64,000 nucleotides of DNA from Rebecca billardiae RCC1528 (taxonomy: Eukaryota; Protista; Haptophyta): contig OZ251224.1 in NCBI GenBank assembly GCA_965240325.2, forward strand, positions 1,302,001-1,366,000. The letters run 5' to 3'. The position numbers and the translations under genes were made by a program. Shown here in pieces: positions 22,701 to 35,111 of the stretch; the stretch's first letter is position 1, and the number at the start of each line of letters is the position of its first letter. The notes beneath the pieces are model-generated. The model saw only the letters and a list, made by a program, of their open reading frames with translations. It was not told the DNA's origin and searched no databases.

Positions 22701-24070
22701 CGCCGAGTGTTTACTGTAGGCCCGGCCGGCGAGCCCGAAGAAAACTTTTTGGCCGTTTTGGAGCAATTCTGGCATGATGCTGCATGGATGCCGCGGTGCA
22801 CTGGCCAGGAGTCAGTCAGGAGAGGTCGGGACTTGGGAATTCAAGATTGGCCTGTACTCGTAGTCGGGCCGCGCGCCGCGTCCCACGGGCACGCGCCTCG
22901 GCGGACCACGAGCCGCGACGCAGTCCCGGTTTCTTAGCATGTGACTTTGCGTACAGCGAACCAGCCAATGGCTAGTCTCAGTTTCCAGGCCAGATCCGCA
23001 GATAGCAAACTTGTCACAGTTTCTTCATTAATGTGACAGCTCCTTTGCAGGGCTAAAACCTGCGGCACGGAGTCCGTGAGTCGTGACATCACTCACATCA
23101 GTGAATCGATGGACAGCCCGACGGTGTCCTGTAACCTGCCAGCTGACGGCGATGCACTGACAAGTGAATGGCTGAGGCACCGCCGTAGTAATTTCTGGCG
23201 TCATCAGGCTCCGCCACAGGCGGCGTCAGTGGTCAGTCTCTCAGAGATAAGCCGGACCGTCTTCTGCACGGAGTACTAGGCCAACGGACGTAATGTGAGT
23301 CCGAAAGGCGGCCTGCTGCCACTGGAGAAGTAACGTGGCTCCTCTTGACCAGTGCTCAGATTGCCGCTACGCGGTACTGATCGCGTCGCCGGCGGGCATG
23401 ACGCGGCTGCGCACTGCGGTTGATTCATCGCCGCTCGACCCTGCACGAACCAATGACCTGGTTTCATTGTCGCAAGTGTCGGGCGACGATGACCACCACC
23501 ATCCGTTCTACGTGCTACGCGGGTTGATGGCTGAGGCAAGGCCCCAGCGAGCAGCGACCGCAGTGCGCTGAGGGCCATTCGTCGTGCCGGTCGGCGACCG
23601 TTGACCGGTACCGCGCGCCGCGCTCATCTTTGCGGGCTGATGTAACGAGATCGAGTTGTTACGGTCTGTGATGTTCGTTGGTATTCTCCGGGTAAATCCG
23701 TAGTGGTCTCAACTCGCAGCTCAATAATGACAGCTAAAAACAGGCGCCAAACCGGCGCGGCGTGTGCCGCCAAGTGTAAAGTGCCAACTACCCAACGCAC
23801 GGTCGGTCGTGCGCAGCCAATCAGCGTCCTGAAAACAGCTTCAGGGGCTTCTGGACACGAGTGCGAAACCGGAAAACACTCAGAACCCGTAATAATGAAA
23901 GTTTGCGGGGGCTGTTCCGGGTGCTCCACCGGAGCTACCTAGACAGGTGGCGCCACTGGCCAAGCTTCCTTGCGCCGGGATTGGCGTTGGGTGCGGAAGA
24001 GGTTGGCGTCCAGCGTTCACGACCCAAACAGCGCGTCCACGCCCGGCCCGCACCGCGCACTCCCTCAGAC

Positions 24071-25818
24071 ATGGACGGAGTCCATTCGGCGACGGATGCT
24101 CGCGACGACCACCTCGCGCCGCAGCAGCTCCACCCCCCCGCCGGTATCCCGGGCCTGGTGGACGAGCCCCTGGACTGGTGCGCGACGTTCCTGAACGACC
24201 TGGAGGCAGACGCCGGCGCGAGCGCGAGCGCGAGCCGGCCAAAGCATCGCCGCACGTACTCGGCGCCGCCTGCCCTCAAGCAGATAGAGCTCCCCCCCGC
24301 CACTGGCAAGCGCCCCGATCGCAGCCCGCGGCTCGCTCCGGCCGACCCGAGCACCGGCCTGGTGACTGGGATTGACCCCCTCCACGACATCCGCTCGCCG
24401 GCGTACAAGAAGCAGGTCTCGACGGAGGACGTGCACATTGATGCGATGGAGGTGTCGGATAGCACGTCTGCCGCGTCCAAGGAGCGCGCCGCGCCCGCCC
24501 ACTACGGCCACTCGCGCTCCGCCTCCTTCGACGCAGCCATCTTTCACAGGCGAGGGGGGGACTCGGCGCGCGGCGGCATGTTTGGTATGATGGCGGCCGC
24601 GCCGGCTGCCGGCGCGAGCGGCCCGGGCGGCGGGTACAAATGCCGGCGCTGCGGCGACGTGCAGCGCAACCACGTGTGCAACGCCGCCGACGCGTCGCTG
24701 GGCGACGCCCCCTCGAGCGGCGCGCGCGACAGCAAGACCATCCCGTGGACGTCCGCGGAGGACAAGGTGATCTGCGAAGGCGTCGAGCTGCACGGCTTCA
24801 AGTGGTCGCTCATCTCGCTCTCGCTGCCCGGCCGCACGGACAACGCGGTGCGCAACCGGTGGCACCGGCTGGAGCAGGCGCGGCGCTGGCGCGAGGAGGT
24901 GCAGGCGCAGTACCAGGCGGCGCAGGCCGACGGCTCGGCCCCCGCGCAGATGCCAGGGAGCGCGTACCCGGGCTACAAGTGCCGACGCTGCGGCCAGCCC
25001 AAGCGCGGCCACGTGTGCCCGTACGAGGACACGACGCAGCTGCCCGCGCCGCGGCCGCTGCCGCCGCCGCAGCCGCCGCGCTCGAGCAAGGAGCGCTCCG
25101 CGCGCGCGCAGGCCCAGCAGGCCCAGCAGAAGCAGCAGGGCCAGCCCGCGCCCTCGGCGCACGGCGCGCAGCACACCGCCGCGGGCGGCGGCGCGCCGCA
25201 CTCGCACCGCGGGTACCAGCAGGCGGGGCACCACGTGGGCGAGGAGCCGCACCTGCACCGGCCATCATCGGCGCCGTCCATCGCGGTCGTCCCGCCGGCT
25301 GCTGGCTTCGACGCGCGCACGAGCGGCGGGATGGGCGTGCCGCACGCCGCACCCTCGCCCGGCATGCGAGCGCTCGGCCTCGACATGCCGCTGAGCGCAC
25401 ACGTGCGCGCGCTCGAGAGCGGGATGGACCACGACGCCATCACCGTCGGTGACCTCGGTGCGTGCTGCGCCCGCGCCGCCCGCGGGCTGCGCCCACCCCT
25501 CGCCCGCTCCAGAGGCGACGCGCCCCGGGCCTGCCAGCTGACCTGTCTCCGCGCGCCGCCGCTCGCGCCGCGACCCGCGCGCGCGCAGAGGACCTCATCT
25601 TTGGCTCGCTCCCGCTCGACCTCACTGACATGCCGTCGCACTCGCCGCTCAAGACTATGGCCCTCGTCGGGTCGCCGCTGCGCTTCACGCGCATGGCGCC
25701 ACCCGCCCCGCTCCCGACAATCCCGAGCGGCGAGGCCATCGCCGAGCACGCGCCGGCGGGCGTGGCGGTGCCCAACCTCGAGCGTCAGTCGACGCCTCAG
25801 GCCATCCATGCAAACTAG
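24071..25818 (+). CDS. MYB-domain transcription factor flanked by two YKCxxCGxxxxxHxC zinc knuckles; intron 25458-25588
   Basis: WTSAEDKVICEGVELHGFKWSLISLSLPGRTDNAVRNRW; YKCRRCGQPKRGHVC. Confidence 0.85.
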
Positions 25819-26385
25819 CAGCCGGCGGACAAGGACCGGACGCTGCCGCGCAGGGTGCACGACGCAAGCGCTATACTATGGGCATGCACGCTCCTGACTT
25901 TTCTCGCGCCAAACCTTCACCTTCGAGCGCACGGCGAGCATGCGTGCCATGGATGCCCCCCCTGACTGTGCCGCTGACACACTGATCAGTCTGCCGCGAG
26001 AATCGGATCCCGGACCGACGCGGTGTCGGCCACAGCCGCGCTGCCGACCCGCTCGGCTGACGGGCGACGGTCGCCAACTCGCCGTCGCCGCCACTTACAC
26101 CTGGGCTTACCGCTGCTGAATTGGTGCCTGCCCCACCGCGTCAGCGTTTCGATTGTATCAGAGACGTACTACCGTAAGTGGCACTTTTTTACTAAATTAT
26201 CTCGGAAACGCCAACTACGTCAACGTGAACGGCGGTGCCACTGACTACTGAGTCAATCAGACATCAGTATGATGACGGCAGGACGTAACTGCCTCGTTGA
26301 CGTGCGCTGAGTGACGATTCAGTGATTATTGCGGATTTGCCATTCGGCGCCGCCACGACCTGATGAAGCGGATACGGCGGCGTCA

Positions 26386-27194
26386 TCATTGGAGGAAGTA
26401 GTCACCTCGCCGGAATCCCACGGGTTTGCCGTTGACATAACGCCGGCGCCTCCTTCCGCGCTTGCCGAGCTGCTGTGACTGCATCATCTCGGCCTGCATC
26501 ATAAAGGTCCTCGAGGTCGGCTGCACGAACACGAGCTGCTGCAGCTCCTTGTTGTTGACCGGGAGCGGCTTGTTCGACTCCATGCGCACGCGCATCCATT
26601 CGTGCAGCGCTCGCGCATGGACGAACTCCTTGAGCATCTTGTTCACCTCGGTGACCGATGCGCCTGCCGCAATGGCGAGCTCCTGCTTGGCCGAGGACGA
26701 CATGGACAGCGGCAACAGCTTCTGCTTGTCGCTCATGCACTCGATGATCTTGATTCGGCGCTCCATCTCCTCGCGCTGAGCGTCTTTCGAGAAGAAGGGC
26801 AGGTACTCGCGCGCCTTCTGCACTGCCGACTGGACCGTCGTCATCTTGAGTGCCTGCTGCACCGTCTCCCGATACGCGCCATGCACGCTGAACGTCTCAT
26901 GCGCGCGTGCCACGTCGACAAAGCCTTGCATGTGGTCCTCGATCTTGGCCTGCGGGCAAGCCACAGGTGACGCGCCAGACCGGGCCGCAGGGACGGAGGT
27001 CGCGTGAGCTACGGGATCTGCGCGCCCTGCGGATCGCGGGGGGTGCCGCGTACCTGCTGTACCACGCGCCCCGCATCCTGCATTCGTTCGCCCCATGTCC
27101 GACCTTTCTGGACGAGTGCCTTGCCAACCTTCTCGGCCTTGGCCATCGTACCCCCACCGGTCGAGGAGAAGCGCCGCGCGAACACGGCCATCAT
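26386..27194 (-). CDS. Mitochondrial SRP54/Ffh M-domain-only protein; intron 27053-26950
   Basis: Presequence-like MAVFARRFSST; KIIECMS..K...S.KQELAIAAGASVTEVNKML resembles the SRP M domain; no NG GTPase domain. Confidence 0.7.
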
Positions 27195-27316
27195 CTTTCG
27201 TCGACCTCGCTCTCGCGGTCGAGGCGCGAGGCGCTCGTTTGCCCTCCCGCGCGCTCGCTCGGCAGCGTCCCTCCCGGAGTGCCATCAAAATAAGTGCTGA
27301 GCGCTCACGCGCCGCG

Positions 27317-28201
27317 ATGGCGGCCGGCGGCAGGGAGCTGGCTGAGTTTGTTTTTGAGCTGTGCGCGCCTCTCGGCGTGCCCACGCTCTCCGCGACGGCA
27401 AGGCTGGATGCTGCTCCCGATCAGTCGCGCCAGCTTCCACTGGACACGCAGATGCGCCGCTTGGCGCAGGCACGCGCATATGCAGCTACCCTCGGTGAGC
27501 TCGGCCTGTTGCGGAATAGCGCGTGCTACGTCGAGCTTGGAGCTGGCTCTGCACTCGTTTCCAGGGAGGTTCGCAAAGCACTGCCTGTGGATCAGTCTGG
27601 TCACTTCCTACTCGTCGACAAGCGCACGAAAGAGCCCCCCGACGGCATGTGTCCTGTGTCCTGCGATCTCGATCACATCTCCTCATGGCAATCGCTACAG
27701 CAGCTCGCAAACCTGGACGTGAGCGAGGCCACGCCAGTCGTCGTGCTCGCGAACCACCTCTGCGGCGGCGCGCTGGACAGGAGTTTACTCGCCTTCGCCG
27801 CCGAGCCTCTCGTCGAGGGCGTGCTCGCCGCGACCTGCTGCCACTATCTCGTCACCTGGGAATCATACTGCAACCGCAAGTTCATGACGCACCGCGGCAT
27901 TGGTGAGGACGACTTTGCGAGGATCTTGGAATGGAGCGCGCTTGCTCCGCGCCGAGGCAAGGTGCCGGAGGCGCGCTCGGCCGTCTTGCGCACGGCGGAT
28001 GAGCTGCAGCTCGCGCCGAGCGAGTGCGAGCAACTCGGCATCGCGTGCCGGCTGCTCATCGACACGGGTAGGAAGGAGTTCCTTGAGGCTCATGGCTTCC
28101 GCGCTGACCTCCGACATCACGTGCCCTTCGAGATGACCGGCGACAACGTTATGCTCGCCGCCCATCGAGTATCCTCCTGTGGAGCAGTCGACAACGGTTG
28201 A
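27317..28201 (+). CDS. TRM13: tRNA Xm4 2'-O-methyltransferase, TRM13-like
   Basis: YVELGAG, FLLVD, NHLCGGALD, ATCCH, RLLIDTGR..FL, T.DNVML. Confidence 0.85.
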   Translation: MAAGGRELAEFVFELCAPLGVPTLSATARLDAAPDQSRQLPLDTQMRRLAQARAYAATLGELGLLRNSACYVELGAGSALVSREVRKALPVDQSGHFLLVDKRTKEPPDGMCPVSCDLDHISSWQSLQQLANLDVSEATPVVVLANHLCGGALDRSLLAFAAEPLVEGVLAATCCHYLVTWESYCNRKFMTHRGIGEDDFARILEWSALAPRRGKVPEARSAVLRTADELQLAPSECEQLGIACRLLIDTGRKEFLEAHGFRADLRHHVPFEMTGDNVMLAAHRVSSCGAVDNG

Positions 28202-29417
28202 AGAGCGCGAGGTTGGTCTTAGGCAGTGCCGTGCCTACTCCCCTCCGACAGCTCCGTGTCACTCGGCTCAGACTCAGAGTCACACGAGACACGGAGCCGC
28301 CACCGGCACCGGGCCGGCCGGCAGGCCGCCGGCGGCGCGGGGCTCGCTGCTCGGAGGACGCCGCTCGGCGGCCAATCTGTCACGTCAGATCACAGATGAT
28401 GATCAGTATTTGCAGACACTAGACAGTAAGTCGATCGGAATAATTAGTGCGGTCAATCGGACCGGCCTATTATAATTATATAAAAGTTTGATTTAAATTA
28501 AATAAATAAATTAATAATGGCGGCATCAATGCCCACTCCGGGGGCCAGTACCTAAAATCTAAATGCTGCCGCAATATATATAACGCTTTCAGCAAGTCGT
28601 GCAATGCCTGGCGGCGCCAACGTACGACGATAATAACACTACGTTGACGTAAACCGCGGTGCCGGTAAGGCCATACTAACTACAGTAACTGATGAGCTTA
28701 CTGCTTAGCTAGTATCATAGCTAAAGCTTACTAACTACTATACTAAGGCCAGCTGGCTGACTTATAATCTTATGTCAGACATCTGATGCCACATCGTCTG
28801 TCGTCATGCAGCAGATTGACGACCCCGACTCGCCACTCGGTGACTCGGTCGATCGGACTCGGTCTCGGACCGTCGCCACTGGCAGTGGCACTCGGTCCGC
28901 GCTGGGACCGGACTTAGTTGTAGCCGGGGAGCGGGCGGAGTCGCCAGTCACCGGTGCCAGCGCCCCGCGGCATCAGGCCGCAGGTGAGCCGCGCGGCGGG
29001 TCGGCCGCGGCCTCCGAGTTACTAGTTTAATATATATAGTTATTCTAGGCGGCCAGGCTTATACATTATATAATTATATATTCTCGGACTTAGACATAAT
29101 AAGACATTAATGATTAATGAGTTACGATCTGAACTCGTCAGTCCCGAGTCCGTTCTCGGTTCTGCCGGCGTCATCGGCTTCATCCGTGACCGTGACGACT
29201 CCTAAGTCGGATTCGATGATTGTTTGTCAGCGCAGCCGACAGGGCGGCGGTCCCCCGGGTCAGGCGAGACTATGCCGATAGGCGACACTCTCCACAGCCG
29301 AGGGCTGGCTGGCAGAGTGGCGCGCTGGATGAACTACACTCGTCATTAGACGTCTGATGGCTGCAGGCGTCCATGGACGCGTGCATGAGCATGGCGGCAG
29401 CCGACTGGGCACTTGGC

Positions 29418-30728
29418 TCAGCCAGCCTCGACCGTGGGCGGCAGGGAGAAGCCCATCATGTCGCCGCCGCTCCTGGGCCGCGAGGGTGGAGCGGACGGCC
29501 CTTGCGCGCCGCGTCGTGCGGCGATCCACTCCGGCCACTCCTGCAGGGCCATCAGGAAGCCAAGGTTGGGGTCGCACTTCTGGTGGAGCGAGCGAAGCTC
29601 GTCCATCGCCGCGTTCAGCGTGAGTCCCTCGGTTGCCATCAGGTACGCGAGCATCACGCCGCAGCTGCGCGAGATCCCCTCGCGACAGTGCACGAGCACG
29701 CACGCGTCGGCGCGTGACTCGAGCGAGCGCGAGATGAAGTCGACCGCGCGCAGCAGCTGTTCATGCAGCTCGTCGGCGTTGATGGCGACGTCGTCGCGCA
29801 GGCCGAGGCTGAGGTACTCCGGCCCGCCCTCCTCGTCCCTAAAGTGCTCGCCCGTCCGCCCGGCGTTCAGCACGTGCGTGACGCCGTGCGCGCTCAGCAG
29901 CTCGCGCGAGCGCGCCGCCATGTCGTTGCCGATCAAGAGGCGCGGGCGCACGCGCGTGATGTTGCGCCGCGGCGCGCTGGTCGCTCGGCGAGGGGTCGCC
30001 AGGGGCGAGTTGCCGCGTAGAGGCGAGCCCGTGTTCTCAAAGAGCCGTGGGGAGCCGGGCAGCGCGAGCGGCGACGGCAGCTGCTGCCGCCAGGCGGGCG
30101 GAGCAGGACGGCGCACCGGTTGCGCAGGGGAGTTGTGCCCGCTCCCACCGCCGCCAGACGCACTCGCGCCCGTGCCCCACTGGACGGCGTGCGGAAGCGT
30201 GAGCCCGCCGGGTCGCTGCATCACGGGAGAGCAGTTCGGCGACGCGTTCTCGTTGCTTGGCCGCCGGTGGGGGAAGCCGATGGCCGGCGGTTGCGAGATC
30301 GCGAGACGCGGCGAGGAGCACATGTCGCGCGGTTTGAGGCTTGGGCTGCCAGTGTGGTGCTGCATCTTCCAGCGAGCTGCGTTCGTGCAGGCGCGCTGCG
30401 ACAACGGCGAGCTGGAGGGGCTGGCTGCCGGCAACGGGCGGCGCATGCGCGAGCAGTTGCCGTCCGCCACTGCAGGCGCCTGCTTCCCGAGCGTTTTACG
30501 ACCGCCGCCTGCGACGGTTTGGTGGAGCGTTTGCTCCCTCTCCCCTGTTTGCGGCCGCAGACGAGGCCCAATACAAGTAGAAGGGCGGGGATCTTCATCC
30601 GCTGATTCCGAGTTCCTGCCGCCCTCCGCGACGAATTTACCGCTCCGTCCGCCAAAAAGTAATGTCTCGAAAGGGAAATCCGGTGTTTTGCTCGAAGTTC
30701 CGTCGATCGTCGGTTCCGGAGCTGCCAC
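29418..30728 (-). CDS. Dual-specificity protein phosphatase with long disordered N-terminus (start uncertain)
   Basis: GVTHVLN, VLVHCREGISRS (HCX5R), AYLM, PNLGFLMAL. Confidence 0.85.
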   Translation of the reverse strand: MAAPEPTIDGTSSKTPDFPFETLLFGGRSGKFVAEGGRNSESADEDPRPSTCIGPRLRPQTGEREQTLHQTVAGGGRKTLGKQAPAVADGNCSRMRRPLPAASPSSSPLSQRACTNAARWKMQHHTGSPSLKPRDMCSSPRLAISQPPAIGFPHRRPSNENASPNCSPVMQRPGGLTLPHAVQWGTGASASGGGGSGHNSPAQPVRRPAPPAWRQQLPSPLALPGSPRLFENTGSPLRGNSPLATPRRATSAPRRNITRVRPRLLIGNDMAARSRELLSAHGVTHVLNAGRTGEHFRDEEGGPEYLSLGLRDDVAINADELHEQLLRAVDFISRSLESRADACVLVHCREGISRSCGVMLAYLMATEGLTLNAAMDELRSLHQKCDPNLGFLMALQEWPEWIAARRGAQGPSAPPSRPRSGGDMMGFSLPPTVEAG

Positions 30729-30993
30729 TGCACTGGAGAGCTGCAGTGCTGACTGCTGATGCAGTGCGTTTCACCGGACTGATGAGGCACCGGCCGCCGC
30801 TGCGCCGCTTGCTGCTGACAAGGCCGGTTCACAGGTTGGCGAGGAGCCGAGGACGCGCCCCGGCATGCACGGGAACGACGGAGCAAAGCTGCGGGTCGGG
30901 GTGCGTTCGCGGCCACATCACTCGCCAGCGCGGGCGGAGTGGGGTGTTAGTTGGCTGCCGGCGCATCGAGCGCATCCGGCGGGCGCGGGGGCG

Positions 30994-33182
30994 ATGATGG
31001 CGGACTGCGACACCCGGCGCGTGCAGCTGCAGCACCTGACGGTACCCTATTTGAAGGAGATCCTTGCCGTCGCGGGCGCCCCCCGCTCGGGCCGCAAGGC
31101 CGACCTTGTCCAGCGCATCTGCGCGCTCGCGTCTGATGCGCACGTCGTGAACTCGCAGAGGCGCGAGATGCTGCAGCGCATGGAGGCGATCTTGGGCGAG
31201 CGGTTCGGGCCGAGCTCGCCGCTGATGAAGACCACCTCGTACGACGGCTACGGCCGGCCTGCGTCGGCCGGCGCAACCCCCGCCGATCCGCGGCTGCGGT
31301 GTCCGTGCAACGGCGCAGTGGCTGTGCTCCACTCCACAGGCACGGTCGAGTGCGGGCAGTGCGGGGCGTTGCAGCACGCGTCATGCATGCGCGCCGTGCC
31401 CATCGATCGCGAGAGGCACACGTGCGAGGTCTGCCGCCTCGCGGACGTCGACCCCACCAGCCGGCCGCTGCCCGACCGGCCGCTGTCCATGCTCGCCACC
31501 TTCAACCCGTTCATGGGCGCCACGACCAAGAAGCTCGCGGGCAGCCTCGTGCTGTCGGAGGCGAGCCTGGCGCTGGTGCGCGCGGACCGGCGGTACCAGC
31601 TGCGCGTGTGCTGCCTTGACATCTCGCCGCGCTCGGCGAGCAACAAGGTGGGCGACTTCCACCGCTGGCCGCTCAACCTGGAGCTCAAGATCAACGACGT
31701 GCCCGTGCCCCTGGCGATCCCGCCGCCATCGTGGGACGCGCACAATGCAAAGTACAAGGTGCGCCCGATCGACGAGATCCCGACGATCGCCGACCTCTCG
31801 CGCTACCGCCTGCGCGCGAGCAACACCGTCTCCGCCTGGGCCACCGTGCAGCACGGGCTCATCCTGACGGTGCGCATCGCGCGTGTCGAGGCGCCGCGCG
31901 AGCTGGCGCAGGAGGTGAAGGTCAGGCAGGCGCTCTCGCTGGAAGACGCGACGGAGCGGATGCTCCACGTGTTCGGCGAGCCCGCCGAGCGCGCGGCCGC
32001 CAAGGCCGACGACGACTTCGAGCAGACCGGCGTGCGGCTCACGCTGCGCTGCCCACTCACGCTCGTGCGCATGAGCTCGCCCGCGCGCGGCACTCTGTGC
32101 ACGCACTCCGAGTGCTTCGACCTCGAGAGCCACCTGCAGATGCAGTGCGCGGTGCGCGCCGTGCACCGACCCATGCCACACGCACGCACACACACACACC
32201 CTTCCCCCCCCCCACACACCAGCCGCGCACCTCGCGCACAGCTCGCCACCCCGAGCCCGCGCGCCGCTCACGCCCCTCCGCTGCCCTCCGCTGCCCTCCG
32301 CTGCGCTGCGTGCAGGTGAAGTGCCCGCGCTGGGTGTGCCCGCTGTGTGCCAAGTCGGCCAGGCCGCACGAGCTGGTGATCGACCCTTACCTGCAGCAGG
32401 TCCTCGACGAGACGCAGGGCGCCGGCCTCACCGAGGTGAGCGCGCCGCGCGCCGAGCGCCAAGCGCGTGCTCGCGCGCCCGCCCCAGTCCGAGGGGGCGT
32501 ATGCCGGCGCCTGCCGCCTGCCGCCTGTTGCGTGTCGCTGGAGCCCCGTCCTCACTCCGCCACGCCGCCGCGCGCCCGTGCCACGCAGGTCGAGCTCCAG
32601 CCAGACGGCAGCTGGAAGCCCGTGGTCGAGCCTCCGCCGTCCGAGCGCTCGGGCAAGCGGCGGAAGCGCGCGGTGGCGTCCGCCGCTGACGCGGCAGCAC
32701 CGGCCGGCGAGCCGAGCGCGGCGCCGATGGCGGAGGCGGAGGCCGCGCTGAGCAGAATACCTCAGTGCATCGGCGCGCCGGGCGTCACGCGGCCGGGCGT
32801 CACGCGCTTCGACTTGGCGCGGCTATACGCCGACACGCGCGCGCTCGGCACCGGCGGCGCGCCATCGTACGACAGCATCCGCTCGCTCGTCCTCTCGCTG
32901 GAGGAGGACCCGGCAGACGCGGCCGCGCAGCGCTTTGCCGACCAGATCGCCGGCGAGATCATGCGCGCGAACGGGGTGAGCGTGCCGAGCTCAGAGGCTG
33001 GCGGCGGGGGCGAAGGGTCGGCGGGTGGCGCGAATGCGACGGCGCTGCAGATGCTGAGCATGCGGGCGAGGGCCGCGCAGCTTCAGGGAGTGAACGACGG
33101 GGCTCACCTCGCCGGGAGCGCCGCGCGTGCCGTGGTGGATGGCCGTGGCAGCGCTCCGGATGACCCGATCTGCCTGGACTGA
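30994..33182 (+). CDS. SIZ1: SIZ/PIAS SUMO E3 ligase (SAP, PHD, SP-RING); introns 32152-32315 and 32436-32588
   Basis: LTVPYLKEIL..SGRKADLVQRI (SAP); PHD C/H pattern; LRCPLT...C.HSECFD...W.CPLC (SP-RING); terminal SIM-like DDPICLD. Confidence 0.88.
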
Positions 33183-33518
33183 CGGCACTGTCATTGGCGC
33201 ACTGTCCGCGCCATCTCGGTGCGGCTGGCACTTGCTGTCAAAACGGTCGTCATCACTGGGCCGGTGGTTGAGGCGGTGATCACTATCTACTATCAGATAT
33301 ACCGTTTCAAGTACCGTCACCGTTATATATTAATGAGAGTAATGACAGCGGATTCACTTATTAGACTCATCAGTTGAGACTGCCATTCTGGCAGGCAGAC
33401 AGTCTGATGATCACTGTATATAAGACTGTTGGTATCGAAAGTGGCCATGACGACGGCGACACTCCACTCTTCAGCCGACGACGACAGCGGAGGCAGGGCA
33501 CCGAATCCCGGCGCCGCA

Positions 33519-33640
33519 TGCGCCAGCGGCAGCCACTAGCCAGCGTCCGAGGCCGCCGTCTGCGGCGTCAGCTACTAGCTACCAGCGGCAGCCACTAGCC
33601 AGCGTCCGAGGCCGCCGTCTGCGGCGTCAGCTACTAGCTA
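33519..33640. repeat. Tandem duplication, 2 x ~60 bp
   Basis: CCAGCGGCAGCCACTAGCCAGCGTCCGAGG...GCTACTAGCT occurs twice. Confidence 0.85.
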
Positions 33641-33889
33641 GTAGCTAGACTCGGCTAGTCACTTACAACCGCCATCCACGGTCGAAGCGAAATTGTCGTC
33701 GCACCCGCGTCCCGCCAGTGTGGCAGTGTAACAGACACCGAAACGTACCAGTAGTCCGCGGGACTTAAATAGTAATATATACGATTAATTATACTGATGC
33801 TGTACACGTCTTAAAGTGACGGTCCGATTTTGACAGATGCGCCAAGTAGCCGCCCGCGCCCCACTCGCGCCGACCACCTGAGTCACAGT

Positions 33890-34729
33890 TCATTCCGAGT
33901 TGCAAGCCGCTGGTGCCCCACTCGCGCCGGCCACCGGCAGCTCATAGCGGGCGAGTCGGCGCCGAAGCCCCTCCACGACACGCAGATGCTGATCCTGCAA
34001 ACGCTCGATCTCCTGCGCCGCGCGCGCGTCGGCCGCCTGCACAGCTCGCTCGATGTTCGACGCGACACCTTGCTGCGCGCGCTCGCGCTCCTCCGCAACC
34101 GCCGCCTCGACCCGCGAGTCCAGCTCGTCCCGTAGCCGCGCGTGCTCGTCCTGGGCGACGCTGAGTTGTGCCGTGAGCCGCGCAACGTCGCGGTGCCGCC
34201 GGTCACGCTCGCGCTCGAGCGCCTCCCTCGTGCGCACGGCGTGCAGCCTGAGGGTTCGTACGAGCTCAGATAAGCTGTCCGCCTCCTGCGACTCCTCCGT
34301 CGCCTCTCCCAGCAGCGCCACGTCGCCAGAGGAAAGAGTGTGAGCGAGCTGGCCGGCCAAATGCTCAAGCGCTTGGGAGGAGTCCCGCGCCGCGGCGACC
34401 AGGGCGTCCTCGCGCGCGGTGGGGGAGTGAGACCGCAGCAACGGCGGGTAGCCGTGGCCTCGTGATTGCGCTGTCATGTCCGTGTGGAGGCCGTGTGCTG
34501 CAGCTGTGCGACGTGGTTCACGCTCCGGTGATTCGGCTGCTCGCCTCAGTACGGCACGGGCTTTTGTTTGCGCCGCGGCCTGCTGACGCGAAGGACGCAT
34601 GTCGCGCATGTGATGTGCAGTGGGCTGTCGCGTCGCGACCCACACGTTTCGGTCCGCTGTTGAAGTCTGTAGACGCGGCGGCAGCTGAGCCGCGGCCATC
34701 CTCGCCTCCAGGCGTTGGCGCGCAGCCAT
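33890..34729 (-). CDS. Hypothetical coiled-coil protein
   Basis: 279-aa ORF whose C-terminal half is an E/R/A/Q-rich heptad region. Confidence 0.5.
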   Translation of the reverse strand: MAARQRLEARMAAAQLPPRLQTSTADRNVWVATRQPTAHHMRDMRPSRQQAAAQTKARAVLRRAAESPEREPRRTAAAHGLHTDMTAQSRGHGYPPLLRSHSPTAREDALVAAARDSSQALEHLAGQLAHTLSSGDVALLGEATEESQEADSLSELVRTLRLHAVRTREALERERDRRHRDVARLTAQLSVAQDEHARLRDELDSRVEAAVAEERERAQQGVASNIERAVQAADARAAQEIERLQDQHLRVVEGLRRRLARYELPVAGASGAPAACNSE

Positions 34730-34780
34730 CGTTGTGAAAAACGGCCGCCCTGTCGGGCCTGTGGGCTGTGGCTCTCGGCG

Positions 34781-35111
34781 AATCTCGCCTGCACACCTGA
34801 GCTGTGCGTCTCTTATTCAGCTGAGTAATTATAAGTAAACTGTCGTAAGCTACAGTAGTCAGTAGACGAGGGCCGTGACACTCACACTGACGGTCAATAT
34901 GTCAGTAACTGTTAGCTACTGAGTACTGCACTGAGTGCACTCATGTGACATGAGGCTGCTCAGCGGTACCGTTTATAATAATAATTTATTGTGATGCCAC
35001 AGACTCTGACATTGCAGTAACTAGTTATTCTAGTTATTTTTAAAATACAGTAGCAGTTACAGTTTACTAAGAATAAGAGACGCACACAGCTCAGGCTGAG
35101 GCAGGCGAGAT
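34781..35111. mobile_element. MITE-like element with imperfect ~60-bp terminal inverted repeats
   Basis: ATCTCGCCTGC..CTGAGCTGTG(TG)CGTCTCTTATTC..AGTAAACTGT at both ends in inverted orientation; AT-rich interior; no TSD seen. Confidence 0.55.

Noticed and set aside
28689-28720. Hammerhead ribozyme (CTGATGAG)
   Set aside because: No paired GAAA core or stems.
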